A stretch of DNA of 62,759 nt, the filler included, from Octopus bimaculoides (lineage: Eukaryota): NCBI RefSeq assembly GCF_001194135.2. It is 5 parts of 4 records of this genome, joined end to end, with 100 filler letters (N's around TTAATTAATTAA, not from the genome) between each part and the next. Parts side by side here need not be neighbours in the genome. Positions count along the whole stretch, not along the records: positions 51,137 to 58,792 come from NC_068991.1; positions 58,893 to 62,759 come from NC_068991.1; 3 more parts are not named here. One strand, given 5' to 3'. Numbering within the stretch: position 1 is the first letter of the stretch; each line of letters opens with the position of its first letter. This document shows, one piece after another, positions 52,079-62,759 of this stretch. The translations under genes were made by a program, and so were the position numbers. The notes beneath the pieces were generated by a model. The model saw only the letters and a program-made list of their open reading frames with translations. It was not told the origin of the DNA and made no database searches.

Positions 52079-52890
52079 AATGGCAGGCTTGTGCGAATTT
52101 TTTCGTCCCTCGTCTTATTTCTTTTTTACTTTTCTGGGAACCACCAGAGCCAGATGCTGTGTGTAATATAACGTGTTGGTTTGTTTCTTTGCTTGCTTAT
52201 ATCTGTTAAAATGTCTACATCATAACATTTTGCACTTGGTTTTTTTTTTTTGTCTTTTTTAGACTTGTTTTTTCCTTCATATTGTTTTTATTGTTATGTA
52301 GTAAAACCAACGATTCAAATGCTATTTTGTTGTCATTTATATTACTTTATTTTCTCATTCACAACATAATTACTTTTATTTTTACCAATGCGTTACTTTT
52401 TTTCTTTTACATGATTTTTTTAATAATATTTTGCAAATTTATTTTTAAATTCCCAACAGTAGTAGTAATACTGTTTCGATGGCATGTCTCCATCTTTCTC
52501 ATTCTCTCCCTCTTTCTTTCATTCTGTTCTCTTTGCAAAAGCTCTAACTTCAAGCTTTGACTTTATATGGCTGATCAGTACTTCACATACGCTCTCCTCG
52601 AGTCATTTCTTCTGTTTGATTCTTTTTGAGTCCTAAGACTCCGAATGTAACTATGAGTCGGTTTCCATGGTATATAAATTCTGCAGAGTCAACCCGAGGC
52701 AGGTCTGTAGCAGGTTTTAAGGTCAGCACTATTGATGGAAGGGAGCAAGTCGACTATGTCGACTGCAGTGCTTCACTAGTTCTTTATTTTATCGCCTCTG
52801 AAGCATATAAATGGCGAAGTTGATCTCGTCTGGATTTTGAACTCATAATGTAAAGAGCCAGATCGGTATCTCATTAATTTTAGTACTGCT

Positions 52891-52984
52891 GAGGGCAGCG
52901 AGCATATACAATCGTTACTACGCCGGGCAAAATGCTTCGCAGCATTTCATCCATCTTTACGTCCTCAATTCAAATCCTGTCGAG
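52891..52984 (+). mobile_element. F2 SINE head fragment
   Basis: GGCAGCGAGC..AATCGTTACTACGCCGGGCAAAATGCTT..TTTACGTCCTCAATTCAAATCCTGTCGAG. Confidence 0.65.
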
Positions 52985-53141
52985 CTATCTGATACTTTCC
53001 TGATTAGTTTAGCCAAGCCCAGGGGGCATTCCTTTTGTAACAATTCTACTGGGCACTCTATTCCAATTCCTTTTATATTCCTCTTGATGCCTTCTGATAC
53101 TGTTCCCAAGGACCCAAAAATGATTGGCAAAATCATCAATT

Positions 53142-53147
<6 letters not shown>
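52985..53147 (-). mobile_element. Second, diverged R4/Dong C-terminal fragment
   Basis: LPIIFGSLGTVSEGIKRNIKGIGIECPVELLQKECPLGLAKLIRKVSD parallels IPIIVGALG..LQK..LLGTA.ILRK. Abuts (TAA)n at 53146-53194. Confidence 0.65.
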
Positions 53148-53194
<47 letters not shown>

Positions 53195-53399
53195 GCTTAC
53201 TTATTTGAGTGCAGGTGTTTGTCCTCCTACTAAAACATATTACCGTTCTAGTTTATGGTCAACAATTTCGGAGTCGATAAAGTAAGTACCAGTTAAACAT
53301 TGGGGGTTGATGTAATCGGCTTTCCCCCCTCACGTGAAATTGCTGACTTCATGCCGAAATTTGAAACCATTGCTCGGGAGATAGATTGATTCAAATGAT

Positions 53400-55210
53400 A
53401 GAGCGTTTGAAAACTTTCTGACATTTCTTCCAGACTATTCCGTTTCGTGTTCGAAATTGAACTTGCTGCTGTTGCTGTTCTTACTGCCGCTGTTGTGAAT
53501 TTTGCTGTTGTAGTCGCTACATCTATTCCGCTCTTTGCTACTGTGATTGTTGCTGCTGTTGTTCCTACACTTGTCCTTTTTGCTGCTCTTAATCTTGTAG
53601 CTGCAACCGTTGCTGTATCTGCTATTGTTGTTGCTATAGCTGCAATAGTTGCTGATACACATTTTGTGTATTATTGTTGCTTCCGTTGCTCCAATTTATG
53701 ATGGCGGGCGCAGGGATCGTTGCTATTTTTTGCCGTTCTTACCGTTGTTCTTCTCACAGCTCCTATCCTATTTCTATTATTGCTGAAACTACTATTGCCA
53801 CCAATATTGTTGCTGCTATTGCTGTAGTCGCTGCTGTTCGTGTATTTCTTGTTCCACTCCTTGCTGTTGTCGCTGTGGTTTGTGCTGCTGTGTTCCCTGT
53901 TGTTGCTAGCGCTACAGCTAAACATTTCTTTTACGTTCTTCCTTTTGTTTAAAATATTAAATGAGCTTTTCACTGCTTGAAGACATTTCTGATGTTAATC
54001 TCGCTGTTGTTGTAGTTGTGGTTGATGTTGTCGCTGGAGTGGATATATTTTATTTCTAATTATTTATTTTTATCATTTATATTTGTTTATGAATCTATAT
54101 GGTATTCTATATTTTCTTTGCATCTCTCTCCGACTTTCCAGTGTATAGTACAAAAGACACTGCAGGTGTTGTTGTTGTTGTTGGAGACATAAGTGATATT
54201 GATGTTGTCGTCTTTGCTGTTATGGATGACGTCATCGTCGTCGTAGCCGCCACCATAGTTATTGTCATGTATATTGTAATTTGCATTGCTTATAAATGAA
54301 GATGGTTAATTCTCTTTCCTCTCTTTTCGCTTTCTTCTTTTTTGTTTTATTTCATTTTTATGAATTTTGGAGGAGGATTTTGCAGTTAGTATGCTTCGTA
54401 ATTGTATTAGTGCACTTTTCTTGCTGCTGATGTTGTTATTCACGATGACGATGGTGGTAGTGGTGGTGGTGGCGGCTGCGGGGGCGGCGGTGGTGGTGGT
54501 GGTGGNNNNNNNNNNNNNNNNNNNNNNNNNNNNNNNNNNNNNNNNNNNNNNNNNNNNNNNNNNNNNNNNNNNNNNNNNNNNNNNNNNNNNNNNNNNNNNN
54601 NNNNNNNNNNNNNNNNNNNNNNNNNNNNNNNNNNNNNNNNNNNNNNNNNNNNNNNNNNNNNNNNNNNNNNNNNNNNNNNNNNNNNNNNNNNNNNNNNNNN
54701 NNNNNNNNNNNNNNNNNNNNNNNNNNNNNNNNNNNNNNNNNNNNNNNNNNNNNNNNNNNNNNNNNNNNNNNNNNNNNNNNNNNNNNNNNNNNNNNNNNNN
54801 NNNNNNNNNNNNNNNNNNNNNNNNNNNNNNNNNNNNNNNNNNNNNNNNNNNNNNNNNNNNNNNNNNNNNNNNNNNNNNNNNNNNNNNNNNNNNNNNNNNN
54901 NNNNNNNNNNNNNNNNNNNNNNGATCATGATGGTGGTGGTGGTGGTGGTGGTGGTGGTGGTGGTGGTAATGTTGATGTTTATGGTGATGATGGTGATGAT
55001 GATGGTGTTGGCGGTGGTGGTAGTGGTGGTGGTGGTGGCGATGATGATGATGTTGATGATGATGATGATGGTCCTGGTGGTGGTAACCGCAGCCATTTCA
55101 GCTGTTCTTCTTGCTACCGTTCGTTGTTCACGATATTGTTGTTGCTGCTGCTCTTATACTCACTATCGTTGATGTTGTTGCCTTTTCTTGCTGCTCCCGC
55201 TGCTGGCGAT
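53400..55210. repeat. Degenerate GTT/GCT/GGT/GAT triplet mosaic
   Basis: Cryptic triplet periodicity with switching units. Similar mosaics at 31790-32340 and 62270-62759. Confidence 0.75.
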
Positions 55211-56708
55211 GATGACAACGAGGAGGCAGAGGGGAGGGGAGAGGTATGAGTATCTCGAAGCAATCTGAGTGACGTCATGTATAACATCGTATGAAGCCGT
55301 ATACTCAGCTCACACATACATATTCGAAAAAATGAGTGGAGATGGGGTTTGGCGGATAATTTTTATTTTTAATAATAATGTTTATTATTATAATTTTCAA
55401 AATAAACATTATCCGCAAAAACAGCCATCTCATTTTTTCAAATATATAATACTGTACGAAGAACTTCTTTTTATTGCACTATATATTTGTGTATGTGTAT
55501 ATGGATATATATATANNNNNNNNNNNNNNNNNNNNNNNNNNNNNNNNNNNNNNNNNNNNNNNNNNNNNNNNNNNNNNNNNNNNNNNNNNNNNNNNNNNNN
55601 NNNNNNNNNNNNNNNNNNNNNNNNNNNNNNNNNNNNNNNNNNNNNNNNNNNNNNNNNNNNNNNNNNNNNNNNNNNNNNNNNNNNNNNNNNNNNNNNNNNN
55701 NNNNNNNNNNNNNNNNNNNNNNNNNNNNNNNNNNNNNNNNNNNNNNNNNNNNNNNNNNNNNNNNNATATATATATATATATATATATATACAGTGAGAGA
55801 GGGAAGGATGGGAGAGAAAGAGAGAGAGATTGCAACTGCGGAAGAAAAAACTGTTGATTCCTCCCCGAGTTTCTTGGGGGGGGGGGGTTCTTGCTAAAGT
55901 TATAGTTCTGTTTACCTTCTCACGTTGATATTATTACGAATGATGCTCTGCTCCGCTTTACTCGGTTATAAATATTCTACAACAGTAACTGTTTATATAT
56001 TATACCAACATCCAAACCAAAGTTATTTACGTCTGTCAAATATTTAGACACCGCGAAGAAAAAGAAGAAGGCCTTGTAAACTCCAACATATCAACAGATT
56101 AACCTTTCTGTCTAGACAGAGCAGTGTTGTTTCTGCTAGAGATGTCATAAGTCAGTATTATGGTTGCAGGCAAAACAGTTTTGCGCTGCTACAATATTTG
56201 GTTTTTACTGTTATATTTTAGTTAAATATGTTTTGTTCACGTTTCGTTATGAGGGTCGTAAGAGTATGTATTCTTATGTTATTACGAGGGTGATAGCATT
56301 TATTGCTATTTTTACCTATTAGTTCTTGCGTTTGTTTGTTTTTTTGTTGTTGTTTTTTGTCGTGGTTGGTGGGGTTGGTTGCTATCTGCATTTATTGGTA
56401 TTGTTTTCTACGCATCATCGCTAGTTTATTTATAAACAGTATGCAAAAGTATTATCAGACATATTGTTATGATTTGTGACGTGTTTTGTTGATGAAATTT
56501 CATGTTATTTACTTTGTTTCGTACCTCGTTCAGCATTGTCTCTGTGTCTTTCTTTTACCTCGCAGCAAATCATCGTATTGTGTATCTATCCATCTATCTA
56601 TCTATCTATCTATCTGTCTATACACACACACACTCTCACACACACACATAACACACACACACTTATATGTATGTATATATGCATGAGTGTATGTGTCTGT
56701 GTGTCTGA

Positions 56709-56747
<39 letters not shown>

Positions 56748-57095
56748 NNNNNNNNNNTATATATATATATATATATATATATGTACATATATATATGTGT
56801 GTGTGTGCCTGTTTGTGTGAATGTATATATGCATGTATGTATACACATACTCAGATGTAGAGTGTTAGGTAGATATAATTATATCAATACACACACATTT
56901 ATAAATACACATATATATATGTGTGTATATGTGCGTGTGTGTGTGCATGTGCGAGTATGCGTGTGTGTGAGTGTATCTTTGTGTGTATTTGTGTGTGGTG
57001 GTCTGGGTGGGGTTCACATCAGCTGATAAAAAAATTTATTACACATCCTTTTTGTCAGACATTAAAAAACATTCCCATGACCTTCAGCTGGCACA

Positions 57096-57219
57096 CCTAA
57101 ATATACACACACCAAATATACACACACCAAATATACACACACCAAATATACACACACCAAATATACACACACCAAATATACACACACCAAATATACACAC
57201 ACCAAATATACACACACCA
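57096..57219 (+). repeat. 15-bp minisatellite, about 8 copies
   Basis: (CCAAATATACACACA)n, which gives the IHTPN repeats in the ORF track. Confidence 0.9.
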
Positions 57220-57505
57220 GCATACAAAGTTTTCATGCATGAATAAATTTTCAACAATAACACCAAATTTAATCAATAAAAATTTCTCCAAACTACTTTT
57301 CGATCAACTCAGTGACTCTGTTGGCCGAGATTCCAAGTCACTGTCAATAGTCTTGTTTAAGAATAATATATTTGTACTCGCCAAAACTATAATATGCCTC
57401 TCCAGATTAATATAAAATCGTTTTCTTTATAACTGAACATGAAAAACAAACATTACTATATAGATATATGTATATACATGTGAATGCATTGGTCCAGATG
57501 CGTTT

Positions 57506-57570
<65 letters not shown>

Positions 57571-58396
57571 NNNNNNNNNNNNNNNNNNNNNNNNNNNNNN
57601 NNNNNNNNNNNNNNNNNNNNNNNNNNNNNNNNNNNNNNNNNNNNNNNNNNNNNNNNNNNNNNNNNNNNNNNNNNNNNNNNNNNNNNNNNNNNNNNNNNNN
57701 NNNNNNNNNNNNNNNNNNNNNNNNNNNNNNNNNNNNNNNNNNNNNNNNNNNNNNNNNNNNNNNNNNNNNNNNNNNNNNNNNNNNNNNNNNNNNNNNNNNN
57801 NNNNNNNNNNNNNNNNNNNNNNNNNNNNNNNNNNNNNNNNNNNNNNNNNNNNNNNNNNNNNNNNNNNNNNNNNNNNNNNNNNNNNNNNNNNNNNNNNNNN
57901 NNNNNNNNNNNNNNNNNNNNNNNNNNNNNNNNNNNNNNNNNNNNNNNNNNNNNNNNNNNNNNNNNNNNNNNNNNNNNNNNNNNNNNNNNNNNNNNNNNNN
58001 NNNNNNNNNNNNNNNNNNNNNNNNNNNNNNNNNNNNNNNNNNNNNNNNNNNNNNNNNNNNNNNNNNNNNNNNNNNNNNNNNNNNNNNNNNNNNNNNNNNN
58101 NNNNNNNNNNNNNNNNNNNNNNNNNNNNNNNNNNNNNNNNNNNNNNNNNNNNNNATATACATGTATGTATGTTTGTATGTATATATATATATATACGCAT
58201 ATATATATACACACACACACAAACACACATACATACACATACATACACATACATACACATATATATGCATATACATGCACGTACACAGATATATCTTTTA
58301 CCCACCTCTCACACATAATACAATCGTTACTTGGGTCAGTTATTTTAAATATTCTGTCGATAAATTGTATGTGTGACTATGCATATATACATTTAC

Positions 58397-58450
<54 letters not shown>

Positions 58451-58738
58451 GTGTGTGTGTGTTTTTATGAATATGTGTGTGTGTGTGTGTGTGTGGCGAG
58501 GACATATGTGTGATGTACGTATGCGCACATGTATGTACAAACACACACATACACGCATATATATATATATATGCAAGGAGGCAGGGCGAGAGTTATACAC
58601 ATACGTACATAAATACTGCAATATTGATGCAGTGACAAACAGATGAGAACTGAACGCGAATTCATATCTATGCAAATAAATATCTACATGATGTGATGTA
58701 TATTTGCATCTGCCAGTGGTGTTAATATATATGTAGCA

Positions 58739-58792
<54 letters not shown>

Positions 58793-58892
58793 NNNNNNNN
58801 NNNNNNNNNNNNNNNNNNNNNNNNNNNNNNNNNNNNTTAATTAATTAANNNNNNNNNNNNNNNNNNNNNNNNNNNNNNNNNNNNNNNNNNNN
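58793..58892. other. Artificial scaffold-joining linker
   Basis: 44 N + TTAATTAATTAA + 44 N. Confidence 0.95.
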
Positions 58893-59200
58893 AAAACACC
58901 TAAAACTGCACGAGGCTCCGGCAGGGGATGGTGGCGAACCCTGCTGTACTCTTTCACCACAACTTTCTCTCACTCTTACTTCCTGTTTCTGTTGTGCCTG
59001 TAATTCAAAGGGTCAGCCTTGTCACACTGTGTCACGCTGAATATCCCCGAGAACTACGTTAAGGGTACACGTGTCTGTGGAGTGTTCAGCCACTTGCACG
59101 TTAATTTCACGAGCAGGCCGTTCCGTTGATCGGATCAACTGGAACGCTCGACGTCGTAAGCCACGGAGTGCCAACAACAAGTTTTGGCAATAAATTGGAT
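58893..59200 (+). mobile_element. Young GC-rich SINE body (family F4), head lost at scaffold edge
   Basis: CpG-rich GAGGCTCCGGCAGGGGATGGTGGCGAACC..GTTGATCGGATCAACTGGAAC..GGAGTGCC(AAC)n. Recalled as a common octopus SINE; it is single-copy in this window, so the call rests on recall. Confidence 0.6.
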
Positions 59201-59995
59201 CAAATCTAACATAACATGGCAGCAATAAATCTAATGGTGTCTGATTGAGGTACAAATAAGGAGTTTTGAGAAAAGTTGCCGAGTCGATACCATCCACACC
59301 ATTGGTTTTGTCGACCCGGGAAAGATGAACAGTTAAATTGACTTTTAAGGGATTTTGTTTCTAAGAATGTAGAGAAGTTGGAATGAAAAACGTCATGGAG
59401 TTTATATCGATAATCAAAATATTCTGCGAGAACACCACCTAAAAAAAGAACAACAATAACAATAACAAGAGCAGCAGCAGTAGGAATAGCAACAACAATA
59501 TTAACAATGTATGTCTGTGTGTGTTAATATGTATATATATATGTACATATATATACGCATATATATATATATATATANNNNNNNNNNNNNNNNNNNNNNN
59601 NNNNNNNNNNNNNNNNNNNNNNNNNNNNNNNNNNNNNNNNNNNNNNNNNNNNNNNNNNNNNNNNNNNNNNNNNNNNNNNNNNNNNNNNNNNNNNNNNNNN
59701 NNNNNNNNNNNNNNNNNNNNNNNNNNNNNNNNNNNNNNNNNNNNNNNNNNNNNNNNNNNNNNNNNNNNNNNNNNNNNNNNNNNNNNNNNNNNNNNNNNNN
59801 NNNNNNNNNNNNNNNNNNNNNNNNNNNNNNNNNNNNNNNNNNNNNNNNNNNNNNNNNNNNNNNNNNNNNNNNNNNNNNNNNNNNNNNNNNNNNNNNNNNN
59901 NNNNNNNNNNNNNNNATATATACATAATATATATATGTATATGTATATATATGAATATACATATATATATACATATACATATATATATACATATA

Positions 59996-60039
<44 letters not shown>

Positions 60040-61932
60040 AACATATAGGTGTATATACATACACATACACATACATATATATATACACATACATGTATGC
60101 ATATATACTGAAATAATGACAGGTACTTCAATTAATCTCGTTGAAAGGACATTGTGTTAAAATTTATGATATATACGTATGCAACACACTGAACAGTACA
60201 GCTGCAACATTTTGTGTCAGTGAAAGCTCTCAACGGGACCTATGCTTTAAAATTACAGATCTTCGATCAGAAAGCCAGTGGACCTGTATTTCAACCATAT
60301 TTAGTTTCCTCAGTGACAAGCACACACGTTCTTAGCTAAGCAGAAAATATTTGTAAAGAATTTATCGATTTATCTGAAAGTTATCCTTTTAAGACTTACA
60401 TTATTATATGTATTTGAAACAGCTTTATATTAAAATCCCGGTGTGCATAACATTAATAATGTGCTTGAAAACGTGAAGACCCTTTGAGATGTTTCTCAGA
60501 GATACGATATAAATGCAGTGCGAAACTGGATACATGTGATTTAATCTAACTATGCTTCAAATGCTTACATAAATTCGGTTTTTGTATGGCTAACTCGGTA
60601 AGTATAACATTTACCAAATAGGTAAGTGTTATACTTAACGATTTCTATATGGGATCAAGAATTTGCAATATAACTCAGAAAATCGAATGCATTCATCACT
60701 GAGGGGACGAAATAAAATGAAAATTGCCTGTCAGATGATTTACTTGCGTTATTGAGCGAGGCATGTATTTTTGGTACATCGTCATCCAGAGATTTCTCTG
60801 GAAAATAGAGTTAGACCCATTTCATATCTCTATGCAGATTATAATGTTACTAGCATACTGAGTCGTCAAAAGTGCCGACAGTTTTACTTATGACAAATGG
60901 TGCATGAAAACAATGGTAGCAGCCATTAATAAATGTCGGCAGTCGAGGAAATAAAATACATTTACATACACAAAGTGTAACAATCAGACATTATTGTAAA
61001 GTTTCTGTCGAAAATATTGACATCCATACGACATATGGTGTGTGGTATCTATGTGTACGTGTCTTTATATATATATATATATATATATNNNNNNNNNNNN
61101 NNNNNNNNNNNNNNNNNNNNNNNNNNNNNNNNNNNNNNNNNNNNNNNNNNNNNNNNNNNNNNNNNNNNNNNNNNNNNNNNNNNNNNNNNNNNNNNNNNNN
61201 NNNNNNNNNNNNNNNNNNNNNNNNNNNNNNNNNNNNNNNNNNNNNNNNNNNNNNNNNNNNNNNNNNNNNNNNNNNNNNNNNNNNNNNNNNNNNNNNNNNN
61301 NNNNNNNNNNNNNNNNNNNNNNNNNNNNNNNNNNNNNNNNNNNNNNNNNNNNNNNNNNNNNNNNNNNNNNNNNNNNNNNNNNNNNNNNNNNNNNNNNNNN
61401 NNNNNNNNNNNNNNNNNNNNNNNNNNNNNNNNNNNNNNNNNNNNNNNNNNNNNNNNNNNNNNNNNNNNNNNNNNNNNNNNNNNNNNNNNNNNNNNNNNNN
61501 NNNNNNNNNNNNNNNNNNNNNNNNNNNNNNNNNNNNNNNNNNNNNNNNNNNNNNNNNNNNNNNNNNNNNNNNNNNNNNNNNNNNNNNNNNNNNNNNNNNN
61601 NNNNNNNNNNNNNNNNNNNNNNNNNNNNNNNNNNNNNNNNNNNNNNNNNNNNNNNNNNNNNNNNNNNNNNNNNNNNNNNNNNNNNNNNNNNNNNNNNNNN
61701 NNNNNNNNNNNNNNNNNNNNNNNNNNNNNNNNNNNNNNNNNNNNNNNNNNNNNNNNNNNNNNNNNNNNNNNNNNNNNNNNNNNNNNNNNNNNNNNNNNNN
61801 NNNNNNNNNNNNNNNNNNNNNNNNNTATATATATAGGAGGGAGAATGTACGAAAAAAAAACAATAACAGACGAGGACAGGTGGTGTAAACAACAAAAGGA
61901 TGTATTAGTATGACGCTCGGGAATACAGAAAG

Positions 61933-61969
61933 TCTTTAACGTTTCGAGCTACGCTCTTCAACAGAAAGA
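61933..61969 (-). ncRNA. Minimal hammerhead-like motif with variant core
   Basis: Minus strand TCTTT-CTGTTGA-A-GAGC-gta-GCTC-GAAACGT-T-AAAGA: 5-bp stem I, 4-bp stem II, ACGT palindromic stem III, GUU site. The core has U at position 6 instead of A. Confidence 0.55.
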
Positions 61970-62453
61970 ATACGGAGAAAACAAGGAAAAAAACACGGAG
62001 AAAAAAAATGTATGGTGTTGGTCAACGGTCTATCATAGCTTATATATATGTGTGTGTGTATGTATTATATTTAAGTATGAGTGCGTATGTATGCGTATAT
62101 AAATCACAGATTCTTGAGGCTGTTGTCGGCCTCTTATTTGATGAATAGGCACAATATACACAACATCTAGTAGACATTATGTGCAAATGTAGAGCCACAG
62201 GATTTAGGAACATCTGTGTGTTAAAAAGGTTGCAGTCTTTATTCATTCGTAGTTTATTAAATTAGACAGGTTAGGGTTGTTGTTGTTGTTCTTGTAACTG
62301 TGCTTCGTATGTTTGTTGTTTTTGTTATTGTCGTTGCTGTTGTGCTGCTGTTGTCTTTGCCGACGTTGCTGCTGCTGCTGCTGCGGTTGCTGATGTGCTA
62401 TTGTTGATGTTGTTGCTGTTGCTGCTGCTGTTGTCGCTATTGTTGTTCATAAT

Positions 62454-62498
<45 letters not shown>

Positions 62499-62646
62499 CA
62501 TCATCATCATCATCACCTGCATCATCATCATCATCATCATCACCATCATCAACATCACCTTCATCATCATCATCATCATCACCATCATCATCAACATCAT
62601 CATCAACATCATCATCATCACCATCATCATCAACATCAACATCATC

Positions 62647-62713
<67 letters not shown>

Positions 62714-62759
62714 CCGTCATCAACATAATAATCTTCATCACATGATCATGATCATGATC

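Noticed and set aside
53435-54299. Val/Ala-rich hydrophobic ORFs resembling membrane proteins
   Set aside because: Products of degenerate GTT/GCT triplet repeats that are open in several frames.

Overview
AT-rich, microsatellite-saturated animal genomic DNA. The SINE/LINE families look like those of octopus (my recognition, not database-checked). The window is not one contiguous locus: four identical artificial 100-nt linkers (44 N + TTAATTAATTAA + 44 N) split it into five pieces: A 1-19750, B 19851-38003, C 38104-51036, D 51137-58792, E 58893-62759. The only host coding sequence I can support is one 98-nt exon of a DEAD-box helicase, most like DDX49/Dbp8, at 5927-6024 (+). The rest is mobile DNA and simple repeats: at least four tRNA-type SINE families, 3' fragments of RTE, CR1-group and R4/Dong LINEs, a decayed mariner transposon, a mariner MITE, a piggyBac-like MITE and a Helitron fragment. 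Most ORFs in the track are microsatellite translations. Main hunt results: (1) three unrelated minimal type-I hammerhead-ribozyme-like motifs of the Penelope-element kind (38853-38927 +, 47680-47732 + inside a perfect 90-bp inverted repeat, 61933-61969 -); (2) a CR1 LINE whose 3' stem-loop tail is shared, with compensatory changes, by the commonest SINE; (3) one SINE head found with either a CR1-type or an RTE-type tail; (4) CpG decay in old SINE copies of the DDX49 segment but not in the other segments.
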